Shown here piece after piece: positions 27,500 through 40,513 of a stretch of 64,000 nt of DNA. The notes below the pieces were generated by a model. The model was not told the origin of the DNA. It did not search any database and saw only the letters and a program-made list of their open reading frames with translations. A program made the translations under genes and the position numbers. The stretch lies in contig NC_135806.1 in NCBI RefSeq assembly GCF_964213995.1, positions 53,754,001 through 53,818,000 of the forward strand, given 5' to 3'. This DNA is from Mustelus asterias (Eukaryota). The stretch's first letter is position 1. The number at the start of each line of letters is the position of its first letter.

Positions 27500-28260
27500 A
27501 AGACTTGGGGAGTTAAGAGGTGAGTTACATACAACTCCCAGTCTCTGACCTACTCTTGTGGCCATAATATTTATGTCGCTGGTCCAGTTCAGTTTTTGGT
27601 CAATGATAACCTCCAGGATGTCAATAGTGGAGATTCAGTGATAGTATTGCCAATTAATGTCAAGGGAAGATGGTTAGATTCTCTCTTGTTGGGGATGGTG
27701 ATAGCCTGGATTTGTGAGGCACAAATATTACTTGCCACTTATCAGCCCAAGTCTGGATATTGTCCAGTTTTGCTGCATTTGGACGCGGACTATTTCAATA
27801 TCTGAGGAATTGTGAATGGCACTAATCAGCAAACATTCCCAGTTCTGACCTTACGATAAAAGAAAGGTCATGAATAAAGCAGCTGAAGATGGTTGGACCA
27901 AGGAAATACCTTGAGAAACTCATCATGCAGCAGTATCCTAGAATGGAGGCGATTGACTCACCAACAATCACAGCCATCTTCCTTTGTGCTAAGTGCAACT
28001 CTAACCAATAGAGATTATCCCCACCCACCCCACCATGATTTTCATTGGCTTTGATTTTTCCTCGGGCTCCTTGATGCCACACTTGATCAAATGCTGCCTT
28101 GATGTCCAAGGACGTCACTCTCATCTCTCAGAGTTCAACTCTTCTGTCCATGTCTGGGCCAAGGGTTTCATGAGATCAGCAGCTAAGTGGCTTGGGTGGA
28201 ACCTAAACTGGGCAAGTTATTGTTGAGTAAGTGCCGCTTCATTGCACTGTCAATGACCCC
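27500..28260 (-). mobile_element. Degenerate LINE family B RT fragment
   Basis: LDIKAAFDQVWHQG...LGPTIFSCFIHDL...MFAD RT motifs. Confidence 0.8.
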
Positions 28261-30483
28261 CTTGTATAACAAAAACAGAAAATACTGGAAAATCTCAGCA
28301 GGTCTGACAGCACCTTTGGAGGGAGAACAGAGCCAACATTGAGTCTGAATGACCCTTCTTCAGAGCCCTTTTATAACTTTGCTGATGCTTGAGAGTAGAT
28401 TGATGGGCGCTAATTGACCAGCTTATATTTGTCCGGCTTTTTGTGAACAGGATATACCTGGATAATTTTTTTTAAAAACAGTTCCCAGTGTTGTAGCTGT
28501 ACTGGAACAGCTTGATTAGGAGCACAGCTAGTTCTGGAGCACAGACCTGTTTCTTGACATCCTGCAAGTGAACTGAATTGGCTGTGGACTGGCATGAGAG
28601 ATGCTGGGGACCTTAGGACTACACCAAGATGGATAACTCAACTTTACAAAACTAGCTTCTAATTCCAAATTTATCAGTTGAAGTCAAATTCTTCTAGCTG
28701 ATGGGATTCAAACCCATGCCCCCAGAGCATTAGCCTGGGTCCCTGTATTACTAATCTAATGACATTAACACTAAACTACCATCTCCCCATTGCACTCAAG
28801 GTTTTCCTGCAACCTTGTTTTCCCTCAGATCAAATACTTGCTGGAAATGAGCATTCACAACGATGAGGAAGCCCTGTTATATGATTCTCGCTGCACTTGA
28901 TGCTTGTTTGTAGGCAAGGCACAGACAAGAGTGGCAACAAGGTGCAAATTTAATTTAAACAAAGCTCCAAAAACACGTGAACATTTTTCATGCAACTCAC
29001 TTCCTCCTTGAATGGCAGATATCTGCTAGAACTAAAAAACCTGCAAGCATGTTGGTCAGCTCTTCCTCTCGGATGCTATTTCCCTTTAAGCCACAGCAAT
29101 AAAGGACGTTGTGCACTATGCTCGGCAAGTTATTTTAAGTGGTCGGTCAATGATACACAATTTGAGCACTGCTGAAAAAAAAAGGCAAACTGTTGAAGCT
29201 TTGCCTCTTGCACTCATCAGGACAGGCATAAAACCAAAATTCAAAGGGAGCAACAATTCATATTGCATGAGAAAATGGTATTGACACATATTTACATGTC
29301 GGGAGCTTTCCTCTGCAGGACAAAGGAATATGTTCAGGCATTGTGCAATTTTTTTGAATTAAACTAAAGCATGGAGAAACAATAGTCCCTGGTGTATTTG
29401 CCTCAACCGATCCGCAAAAAACTTTATACCCATTTCTATTAAAATGCTGAATAATAATTCAAACGCTTTACATCAATCTTTGAGAAGTCTGTTGAACACC
29501 ACTTTTGGCTCAGCTATTGAAAATTTTCTGTTAATACAGTATACAAAATGTACACTTGCTACCTCAAAATTGTTAAAGGTTGTTTTCTCCTGCTTCTTGC
29601 AGACCTGAAATATTCAGCCTTTGAAGATTTCTACCAATCAGAATGCATATGCTTCTAAGTACTGAGCCAGAAAAAAATGCTGTTCAAAGATTTCAAGTAA
29701 TAGGTACTTTGTCATGAAATGGGAACATCAATGGGATATACATGTTAATAATCCCTGTCAGATCATTTTGATGATTTAGACTCAGTACTTACATCTCAAT
29801 GTGGTCTCCAAGCTCTTAAATGACTACTCCCATTATTAAGTTAAATTTTCAAAGTTTTCAGCCCAAAACTGAAGATGTGATAAAATATTTAAGATCACAT
29901 TTTTCCAATTCTGTTCTTGTGACTTTACACATCACTGATGGAAATATATTTCATACTGTTCATCCCCACTTGCTTATTCATTTCAACTAAAATCTTAAAA
30001 TCTTTATCAAAATATGGGGTGCATACATTTATGGAACATGCATATTCAACTTACAGCTCTGCGACTGTATTTTTTATATGCTGGTTTGTTCCCCTTGAAT
30101 TATGTGGGAGTGAAGATTGCTTCATTGGGCTTAACAGAGATCTGTTTGTATTATATAACTGAGATACGAAAATCGATAGCAACATTGATTCAAGACTTAG
30201 TTGTGCCCCCATCCCCAAGCACTGATGCTCCGTGGTACTGTCTGATCGATGAAAAAAAAATCTTTGACATCCTTTTTGTGTATTGTGGTGAACTTCAATT
30301 GAGTTTGTGAACAATAGCTTGCATTGATATAATATCCTCAACATTGCCAAACATCTCAGGCACCAATCCATACAAGGAGATATTAGGACCAAAAAATTTA
30401 CTTTTTTGACTTAAGTTAAGGTGTGCCTTAAAAGGAGAGAAGTAGATAAGCAATAAGGTACAAAGCAGAAAATACATCGCAGT

Positions 30484-31555
30484 ATGAAAGGCCATATAGC
30501 TTTAGTCCTCATCACTAAGAAGAATATACTTATATTAGAGGTGGTACAGCAAAGCTTCACTGGATTGATTTCTGGGATGACAGGGTTGTCCTATAATGAA
30601 TGGTCAAATAAATTGGGACCATACTCTCTGGATTTAAGAGGCGATCTCATTAAGATATGCAACTTCTGATGTGACTTGACAGAGTCGGAATAAGAGGATG
30701 ATTCCCCTGGATTGGAATCTAGAACTTGGGGCAGAGTTGCAGCATGGATTAAAAGCTGGCTACAAAATGATTTGGACTCAGGCATTGGATGTAGAATCTC
30801 AAAATTTCAAACTGAACTGGGGGGGGGGGGGGGATGCAACAGATAATACACAGGAGGTTGATGACAAAATACAGGAAGACATTAATAAACTTGCAGAATG
30901 GTGATGTAACTAGCAAAGGAACTTCAGCATAAATGTGTGAGGAGGTGTATATTGCTGGGGAAGCCACATAGTCCTTGGAAAATAAGCAGAGTAGAGGAGC
31001 ACAGGGATCTGGCACACAAATCACTATAGGTTGTGACACATGTTAATAAGACCATAAAAAGCACAAAACAAGGAGTCCATTTGTAGTGGGTAAGAGTTCA
31101 AAAGCTAGGAAGTTGTGTCATACTAGATACTTAGTTAGACAGAAACTTGGAGTGCTGATCTCCAGCTCATAAAAAAAGGATATAGAGGCACTACAGAAAG
31201 TTTTATTTGCACCCTAAGGTACTGGACTGGAAAAGCTGTACCATCAAGAAAGATTGATCAGGGTCAGACTCTAACAGAAAATTGGAGAACTTAAAGATTA
31301 TGAAAAAAATTTGATAGGGTAGATATAAAAATGTCTCCACTTGAGAAAGACTATAACTAGGGACCATGAATATCAGAGAATTACTAATAAATCCAATAGG
31401 AATTCAGGAAAAGCTGCTTACCATTGGAATGGATGAAACTTGTTACCACAAGAAATAGAAGGAACAACAAGCATAGATGCATTAAGGTGAAGCTCAACAA
31501 ACTCATGGAGGTAGAAAGAAATAGAAGGCTAGGATTAGATGAAAAAGGGCCAGAG
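30484..31555 (+). mobile_element. Old, degenerate CR1 fragments
   Basis: ILEVVQQSFTGLISGM...LRGDLIK and QEDINKLAEW remnants. Confidence 0.6.
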
Positions 31556-32294
31556 TATAAAATTACTGCGGATGCTGGAATCTGAAACCAAAAGAGAAAA
31601 TGCTGGAAAATCTCAGCAGGTCTGGCAGCATCTGTAAGGAGAGAAAAGAGCTGACATTTCGAATCCAGATGACCCTTTGCCAAAGCCAGAGTATGCTCTT
31701 TTGGAGAATTAAGATCAGTTTGAATGTTTCTGTGTTGTAAATACTGCGTGATGCAACAAGAAAAGCAAAGGTGCTAACACAGTATCCATCCCTGGGGGGA
31801 TCCAGCTGCAAACTTGTCTCGTGTCAGTAAAACATCTGCTCACCACTACTCTCTACCTCTTAGTCAATTTTGTACCTACATTGCTGCTGCTTTATTTTCA
31901 GAAGAGGTCTGTCTGGTATGTGGTACTTTATCAAATGTATTTTGAAAGTCTACACTTAAAGTATCTACAGTACTACCATCAGCTTTTGCTGTTACTTCAA
32001 TGAATTCCATCAGCAGTTCATAATGGTCATCCATTATAAACCCATGCTCTCCAAGTGAAAATTCATTACTGCACCAACCTCACTAACTTTTGCTGTTATT
32101 TCAAATAATTCTTATTAGCTTCATCAGAAATTCATACTGTTGCTCCATTTTTAATCTAGATTCCTCCAAATGAAAATTACATTTTTCCCTTGACAGTAGT
32201 GTCTCAATTTTACCGATAGTCAAATGATCAATCATCAAGTTTATCCCTCTCCTCCCTTTGTTTTGAGCAAGGTTGTAACATTTTTTTTCACAAC

Positions 32295-32761
32295 TTTTAC
32301 TGATGCACCATAGAAAACATTCTTTCTGGTTGTATCACAGCTTGGTATGGCTACTGCTCTGCCCAAGACCGCAAGGAACTACAAAAGTTTGTGAATGTAG
32401 CCCAATCCATCACGCAAACCAGCCTCCCATCCATTGACTCGGTCTACACTTCCCACTGCCTTGGCAAAGCAGCCAGCATAATTAAGGACTCCACACACCC
32501 TGTACATTCTCTCTTCCACCTTCGAGAAAAAGATACAAAAGTCTGAGGTCACATACCAACCGACTCAAGAACAGCTTCTTCCCTGCTGCTGTCAGACTTA
32601 CCTTGCATTAAGTTGATCTTTCTCTACACCCTAGCTATGACTGTAACACTATATTCTGCACTCGTTTCCTTATCTGTGAACAGTATGTTTTGTCTGTATA
32701 GCACACAAGAAACAATACTTTTCACTGTATGTTAATATATGTGACAATAATAAATCAAATC
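32295..32761 (+). mobile_element. Rex1/Babar-like LINE 3' fragment
   Basis: Encodes CTIENILSGCITAWYG-like and TNRLKNSFFP motifs; ends with an aataaatcaaatc tail. Confidence 0.7.
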
Positions 32762-33508
32762 TTCAGTTCTATCATCTTCTGGGATTAGTGCAGTATCCAA
32801 GAAGGATCCCAAGATTCTGGTCAGAGCTTCAACAATCTGTACCCTGACTATACAAAAATTCATGCAATAGCCAAATAGCTGACTCTGATTCCTGCATTTC
32901 TATGGCAAACAAAATGCACAGCAGGCCAGTATTGTAACATCATACCATTCAACCGTAGCAAAGTAAGTATCCAAACCAATGCCATAGAGCTAAACTATGT
33001 GATTATCAATTGTTACCAATTTATTGTGTTCAACAAGCAGATAAGTATTAGGAAATTTTCGTAAGGGTTTATTCATGCCACTAAATCGGTTCACCAGTGT
33101 AACAAGCAGATGGTTGATTGTGAAACGTAGGTTTAAAATGCTCTGATTCAAAAGGGAAGTTTGAAATAAATTGTCACTCAGGAAACGGATTTCCATTTTA
33201 AAGGTTACAGTAGCCTTTTACGGATCCATTCTGTAATACTGAATATATCAAGACACTGCTACTAGAGTTTTACATTAAGTCTCGCACCAGTGATACCATG
33301 AGTGTTCAGAGGTAAATTGCATTGTTACCAATAAGTAAGCAAGAAAGAAGTTGGTCTCTATATTGCCTTATGGCACGGTCAGATCTAGGTAAACATAAAA
33401 TCTTGTACATACAAATGGCAATTGTTCATCGGATAATTTATTTGTGGCTGGCGTTAAAGAGAGAAAAAGTTTGCTCTTCTTGGTCAGGGGTTTGTGTACA
33501 TCCAGTTC

Positions 33509-34184
33509 TGATGTGGAGATGCCGGCGTTGGACTGGGGTAAACACAGTAAGAAGTTTAACAACACCAGGTTAAAGTCCAACAGGTTTATTTGGTAGCAAA
33601 AGCCACACAAGCTTTCGAGGCTCTGAGCCCCTTCTTCAGGTGAGTGGGAATTCTGTTCACAAACAGAACTTATAAGACACAGACTCAATTTACATGAATA
33701 ATGGTTGGAATGCGAATACTTACAACTAATCCAGTCTTTAAGAAACAAAACAATGGGAGTGGAGAGAGCATCAAGACAGGCTAAAAAGATGTGTATTGTC
33801 TCCAGACAAGACAGCCAGTGAAACTCTGCAGGTCCACGCAACTGTGGGAGTTACAAATAGTGTGACATAAATTCTGATTCTAGGATCGCATGATAAAGAC
33901 TCAGGAGTTTCACTGGCTGTCTTGTCTGGAGACAATACACATCTTTTTAGCCTGTCTTGATGCTCTCTCCACTCCCATTGTTTTGTTTCTTAAAGACTGG
34001 ATTAGTTGTAAGTATTCGCATTCCAACCATTATTCATGTAAATTGAGTCTGTGTCTTATAAGTTCTGTTTGTGAACAGAATTCCCACTCACCTGAAGAAG
34101 GGGCTCAGAGCCTCGAAAGCTTGTGTGGCTTTTGCTACCAAATAAACCTGTTGGACTTTAACCTGGTGTTGTTAAACTTCTTAC
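33509..34184. mobile_element. Penelope-like insertion made of inverted pLTRs (280-bp arms)
   Basis: 33547-33826 is the reverse complement of 33905-34184; 12-bp TSD tacatccagttc at 33497-33508 and 34182-34193; hammerhead motifs at 33606-33643 (-) and 34088-34125 (+). Confidence 0.9.
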
Positions 34185-34304
34185 ATCCAGTTCATCAGGC
34201 CTTCGTTAATGGCTTAGCTAATATAGTAACAACTCCAACAACACCACACTTCCTCAGTACTCCACTCTAAAGTCTCAACCAAATGTGCTGTTGTTGATTC
34301 AGTG

Positions 34305-34429
34305 AGAAGTTTAACAACACCAGGTTAAAGTCCAACAGGTTTATTTGGTAGCAAAAGCCACACAAGCTTTCGGCGCTCCAAGCCCCTTCAGTGTTTACCC
34401 CAGTCCAACACCGGCATCTCCACATCATG
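34305..34429. mobile_element. Short rearranged PLE pLTR
   Basis: Minus-orientation pLTR segment joined to a plus-orientation pLTR end; ctgttgttgatt flanks both sides. Confidence 0.7.
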
Positions 34430-35023
34430 ACTGTTGTTGATTGTCAAGATTGAACCCAGAAATGTATTAATCCTGGAGCAAGAAGACTACCAACCCAGTC
34501 AAGCTATAGTCTGATCCCATGCACAAAGCATAGGTATTAATCACTCATCTTAAAATTAATGCATTCCACTCATTTAAGTAAATTGACGGTCTTTATTGTT
34601 CGTTAATTAATTAACCCACTCCAATTTCCTGAAAGTTGTGGACTTTGTTAAAATCAATGATCTATGCTTTCGAGCGAAGGGGAGTACTTCCAGTCAAGTT
34701 CAATCAAACTCGTTGCTCCAAACACATGACTGTCACCCGCCTCACATGGCTTATAACACAACTACACCACATTGAAAACTGAGTTCGAAAACTTTTCTTT
34801 ATAAAAGTCGTGGCATTTTCAGGCGGGCAAAAAGCGTAGCTTGACGTTACACATTTCGTAAGAACAGGAGCAGCCACTGCAAACACAACTGCAGCATGAA
34901 AGTCCCTGGTGGCTGCGTGCGCTATCCTGCCTTTCTGCAAAGAGTTCTGCATTTCTGAAAGAACGTTAATCTGCACCAACTTGGTCAGATAACCAGGGAT
35001 AATTCACACAAACGGCATCTCAC

Positions 35024-35073
35024 CTGTTGATTCTCTGAGCAAACGCTCTCCGCTCCGAATTTAAAGTGCCCAT
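35024..35073 (-). CDS. DOCK8: DOCK8 coding exon 1 (MGTLNSERRAFAQRINR)
   Basis: ATG at 35073-35071, 50 nt of coding sequence, donor AG|GTGAGA. Matches the DOCK8 N-terminus MATLPSAERRAFALKINR and lies in a locally CpG-enriched unique region. Confidence 0.92.
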
Positions 35074-35420
35074 AGATCCTGTGTTTATATCCGGGGAATT
35101 CCGTCGAGAAAAGATGTCAAGGTTGTGATCTGATGATTAAAATTCCAAGCCGGGGTGGAAACTTCCGCATTTTCACCTTTCTCTCCAACCCGAGAGCCAA
35201 TTGTGTAGGAGGGGGACTGGCTGGTGTTCTGGGCAATTACCAGCAGGTCGAGACACTTCACAGGGGATACATTCTGCTCTGTGATAGTCAGATCTGCTTC
35301 CTGGCCGCTTTCAGAGTCACACGCACGGGGTGATATTAACAGTACTTTATCTGTGCTTAAAGATCCTGCAATAAACTGATAGCTGCTGGAGCTTCAGTCT
35401 GGGAAAGTTGCCACCGAGTT
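35074..35420 (-). promoter_or_regulatory. Putative DOCK8 5'UTR/proximal promoter
   Basis: CpG-enriched non-repetitive sequence upstream of the DOCK8 ATG, with GGGGAATTCC (NF-kB consensus) at 35093-35102 and ACTTCCG (ETS core, CGGAAGT on the minus strand) at 35161-35167. Confidence 0.55.
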
Positions 35421-35935
35421 ACGTCAGTTAAATGAAAACTGCATTTGAAGGAAAAGATAAAACTACAACTTTTGATGAGGATGATAACATGCATTTGTAT
35501 TTATAAATAATGAAGAAACGTACATATTACTATCATTTAGTTTAGTAAAGATGTGTTCAGTCTGGTTCTGAGAATATATTCTGTTATGAGCCTCAATGCT
35601 AGGGCACTCCAAATCCCAGGAGGGAAACTTTGAACGCCGATTCTATGTTAACTATGTTAGCGATTTTTTTTTAAATGAGAAAAGAGATGAAATCCAGTGA
35701 GGAAATGAAATGTCTTGTAAATTATTCGAATAACAAAACATTTATTAAACTTTAAAACACACACAAGAAAGGTAACAGTAAAGAACAATATTTACAATTA
35801 ATTATGATCATGGTTACCCACACAGTATACTTAAATTACCCCCAATCCAAATCTATCTAAATTCTTAAACTCCGAGAATGCACCTTCCCCAAAACTATAT
35901 CCCATAGGTTTTAACACTGTGAGTCAAATGATCGT

Positions 35936-36625
35936 AGTAAGAAGTTTAACAACACCAGGTTAAAGTCCAACAGGTTTATTTGGTAGCAAAAGCCACACAA
36001 GCTTTCAGAGCCCCAAGCCCCTTCTTCAGGTGAGTGGGAATTATGTTCACAAACAGGGCATATAAAGACACAAACTCAATTTACATGAATAATGGTTGGA
36101 ATGTGAATACTTGCAGCTAATCAAGTCTTTAAGATACAAACAATGTGAGTGGAGAGAGCATCAAGACAGGCTAAAGAGATGTGTATTGTCTCCAGCCAGT
36201 GAGACTCTGCATGTCCAGGCAAGCTGTGGGGATTACAAATAGTGTGACATGAACCTAATATCCCGATTTAGGCCGTCCTCATGTGTGCGGAACTTGGCTA
36301 TCAGTTTCTGCTCAGCGACTCTGCGCTGTCGTGTGTCGTGAAGGCCGCCTTGGAGAACGCTTACCCGAATATCAGAGGCCGAATGCCCGTGACCGCTGAA
36401 GTGCTCCCCAACAGGAAGAGAACAGTCTTGCCTGGTGATTGTCGAGCGGTGTTCATTCATCCGTTGTCGCAGCGTCTGCATGGTTTCCCCAATGTACCAT
36501 GCCTCGGGACATCCTTTCCTGCAGCGTATCAGGTAGACAACGTTGGCCGAGTTGCAAGAGTATGTACCGTGTACCTGGTGGATGGTGTTCTCACGTGAGA
36601 TGACGGCATCTGTGTCGATGATCAC
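35936..36625 (-). mobile_element. Penelope-like element 3' fragment: GIY-YIG endonuclease plus pLTR with hammerhead (35996-36033)
   Basis: ORF 36233-36757 contains NVVYLIRCRKGCPEAWYIGET...LRQRMNEHR...HF...E...GLN, the PLE GIY-YIG domain. Confidence 0.9.
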
Positions 36626-37410
36626 CATGCAGAACCAGTAGCTTTCTTTTAGGGAAACTATAGTTGAGTACAATTTATGGGCTCTCGCAAACAGACTTCT
36701 GTTTTTTTTCTGCACAAGTTTCTTTCTTGGAGAAAGCTCTACCTTGCAACTGGGCATGGTATGATCTAGCTCTCTAAACTGCTAGTCTCCACTTTGCTTA
36801 ACAAAGTATCTGTTTCACCCTGCTACTGTGCGAATCTGCATCTCACGATTCCTCAATGCAGCTAAAACCCTATCAGTTTCTTTCTTATCCAATTATTTAT
36901 TTTTCATTCCATTCCAACTTTCTAACTATATATATATTTATATATCAGGTGTTAATATAAAGAACCAAACTCCAGTTCAATGGGCATGAATTATTATGAG
37001 GTGTGCACAATAAGTACAAACCATAAAATATTTTATTAAGTCCAGCAAACCACTTTCTTTGGACTTAATGTCCGGGTAGTTTGCTGAAAGCTTGCTAATG
37101 ACAAAGGCACATTCAGCCCAGTCAACCATGCAAAGTTCTCACCGACATCTATGGACTTGTATCAAAATTTGAACAGCAATCCTACAAGATTAGTCAAGCA
37201 ACAGCCTGTCAGTAATACTGGTAAAATCTTACCTTATAGTGAACATCCGAAACTACTCTATGACAGTTTGTCTCACCACCAGAGCAGATATCATTTGAGG
37301 TGAGAGTGCAGTGGGGAAGAAGTGGACCTGCAAGCCCTCAATATTGATTCTGGGCCTCATGAAGTTTCATGGCATCAGGTCAAACATGGGCCTACTGATT
37401 ATCACCTATT

Positions 37411-37703
37411 ATCATAGAATCCCTACAGTGCAGAAGGAGGCCATTTGGCCCATCGAGTCTGCACTGACCACAATCCTAGCCAGACCCTATCCTCGTAACC
37501 CCACATATCTACCCTGCTAGTCTCCCTGACATTAAGGGGCAATTTTCCATGGCCAATCAACCTAACCCGCACATCTTTGGACTGTGGGAGGAAACCCATG
37601 CAGACATGGGGAGAATGTGCAAACTCCACACAGACAGTGACCTGAGGCCAGAATTGAACCCGGGTCCCTGGTGCTGTGAGGCTGCAATGCTAACCACCGT
37701 GCC
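37411..37703 (-). mobile_element. HE1-like SINE
   Basis: Head, body and tail match. Confidence 0.88.
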
Positions 37704-38002
37704 ATTCCTGAGCATCCTCCTATTGTCCTCCCTTAGCTGATGAATCAGTATTCTACTGTGTTGAAACTACTAGGCCATCTGCCCTCATATTGCCTTTTGT
37801 AGCTTGGTGCATAGAATAAAATATAATCATAGAATTGATGATTTTGTGCCTACTTTTACTTTATAGCACTCCTGTGATGCCAGTGGAATTGTCATATGCT
37901 CCATAGTAGATTACAGACAAAAAAAATGCCTGTTTGACTGCATAAATGGAACTAGTTAACTCCTCAACATTTCTGGCCAGGCTTGCTAGATATCTTAGAC
38001 AG

Positions 38003-38295
38003 ACAACAAACAACAAAGAACAAAACAGCACAGGAACAGGCCCTTCGGCCCTCCAAGCCCACGCCGCTCCCCGGTCCAGGATTGAATCCTGAATCCAGGA
38101 TCCCTGCCCAATTTTCCAGCCTATCTACATACTAATATCCTATCCACCGAGCTGTCCCTCACAGCTACGATGCTTTGTTCATCACAACCTATTAGCTCAC
38201 CCCCACCCCCCCATTCCAGACCATGTGATCTCCAGGGAGAGGCGAAAACCCAGAGTGAAAACCCCAGGGCCAATATGGGGAAAAAAAATCTGGGA
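38003..38295 (-). mobile_element. Probable CR1-type 3'UTR fragment
   Basis: Ends with the CR1-like tail gggccgaagggcctgttcctgtgctg...ttctttgt on the minus strand. Confidence 0.5.
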
Positions 38296-39149
38296 CATAA
38301 CTGACTCATATAGAGTTAGCTCAATTGGACAGCAATTTTCTTTTATAAGCAGAACTTGTGAGGTCTAAATACCCAAACAATGTAGCTGAGGAAGGAAGTG
38401 AACTAGTCCTCTGAAATTAAAGTTCCTGTTCGTCCATTGCAGTCACCATTTATTTCTCCTTATGTGCGCCTGTGATTCACATGACATTACTTCTTGAAGC
38501 TCAATGAAATGAGTGTAGCTGTCCTAGAGTTGTAATCAGCATGATGCAGGGTTAATGCCCTGTCACTGGTTATGTTAGATGCTGGCTGCCAGACATCCCA
38601 ATTCTTTTCAATATACAGTGTATGAAAGTTTTGTGCTCGAGTAGTCTGCATCAATTAGGAAGATAAGATACGACACATTGGGAGGTGCCCTTCAGATTAC
38701 GAAGAAAACATCAGTTTACGAGATGTGCCTTTTTTATGCTGATACCCATGGTGATAAAGATAAGAAAATGCAAATATAAAAAAAAACAAAAATAATTTTG
38801 ACATGTTAGTAACCTGGTGAAAGGGTACTATGACCACTTGTAAGATCATTAGAGGTAAATCTTGTCCTTTTTATATGTTTAGTTGTTATAATGTTTGCAG
38901 TAATTGAGCAAAGTCCTGGTGTTGGCATGTTTCAAGTTGTTACTTACCATTATGAGGTTTAGAGGATTATTATGTATTGAACTGTCCCTTTAAACTCAGG
39001 TTAAAATGAAGGGGTCATGTGACTATTCTGAATTCTATCTGACAACAAGCCTAGTATAGTCAAGAGACCAGCTGAGCAAGGTGCGAAGTTCCCACACCTG
39101 GGAACAAAGGGCAGGAACAGTGATGTTAACAGTAAATAGAAATAATATA

Positions 39150-40176
39150 GATGGTATAGAGTGATAATGCTGAATCAAAATTTTTAAAATCTTGAGAGAA
39201 ATTGTTAATGGAGGAATTTAAAAACAATATTCCTTTTGGAGTTAAGTCCAATGAAGAACACTGTTTCCAAAATAAGGGAAGCTGCAGTTCTGGCTGATGG
39301 TTATGAACTATCCCACGAATACATAGGTGATAGCAAATCTTAGTTTGCAAACCCCACACAGAAACTGGAGAGAGAAGAGAAGTAATAATGAACAGAACAC
39401 TACTTTCCTTTAGGGAGACAGGAGAACTGAAAAGACAGATAGGGCGGCACAGTGGCTGGCACTGCTGCCTCACAGCTCCAGGGACCTGGGTTCAATTCCA
39501 GCCTTTGGTGACTGTCTGTGTGGAGTTTGCACATTTTCCCCGTGTCTGCATGGGTTTCCGCCAAGTACTCCAGTTTCCTCCCACAGTTCAAAGACGTGCA
39601 GGTTAGGTGGGCTGGCGAAGCTAAATTGCCCCTTAGTGCCCCGAGATGTGTAGATTAGGGGGATTAACGGGGTAAACGCGTGGGATTAAGTGAATAGGGT
39701 GGGGGGGTGGGCCTGGGTAAAATGCTCTGTTGGAGAGTTGGTGCAGACTCGATGGGTCAAATGGCCTCCGTCTGCACTGTTGGGAGTCTATGAGATGCTT
39801 CTCAGAATAGTTACAGTGTGGAGGCTCAATACATGTTTTTTTGAATGTAAATATGACCAAATTACTTTTGCTATAAAATAGAGCATGTGAAAAGCCAATG
39901 ACTGGTAGTTAAAAGCTGAGCCAGTAGCTTTAGTGGACGTGTCGAGTAACTCTCCAGAAAATGCTGTACTAGTGAGTGAAGCTTGTGACAAACCAATACC
40001 ATCTAATATATTTACAGTGGATATAAATCAGAGCATAAAATATTATAGGAGTTTTAGATTTGAGGGTGAAGTAACTCTATTTTTGTCTGATAAAAGAGCC
40101 AAAAAGATAGTTATTCTTAGGGATAGAGGTTCGACTGAAAGTTTGATGTTAGCATCAATTTCTCTCCAGAGAATCT
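39150..40176 (+). mobile_element. Decayed Ty3/Gypsy gag-protease relic (contains the SINE at 39442-39793)
   Basis: LMEEFKNNIP (SCAN-like gag remnant) and IVILRDRGSTESLML (degenerate aspartyl-protease DTG motif). Confidence 0.5.
39442..39793 (+). mobile_element. HE1-like SINE
   Basis: Head, body and tail match. Confidence 0.88.
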
Positions 40177-40513
40177 GACCCAAGCCGAGAATCAAACCTG
40201 GGTCCCTGGTGCTGTGAGGCAGCAGTGCTAACCACTGTGCTATCCATTATTGTATTATAAAGTGTATTATAAAGGGCATTGATGGAAATTGTTTACCTGT
40301 TTTGTTGTGTAGAATGGATTTAAACCATGCTTCAGACAATTTTCACAGTAACTTCATTGCAGTGTTAATGTGACTAAATAAATAAACTTTAAACTTGAAC
40401 TTGAATTGGCCTGTTATTGTTGGAGTGGTCTCAAAATTGCAGATTATTTGTCGATTTTATGCAAGAAAATGACCCAATGTGAGATCAAGTGCTGCTATCT
40501 CCAAATTTGTTAG

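Noticed and set aside
33368-34270. Two ORFs encoding an identical ~90-aa peptide on opposite strands
   Set aside because: A consequence of the inverted pLTR duplication, not a gene pair.
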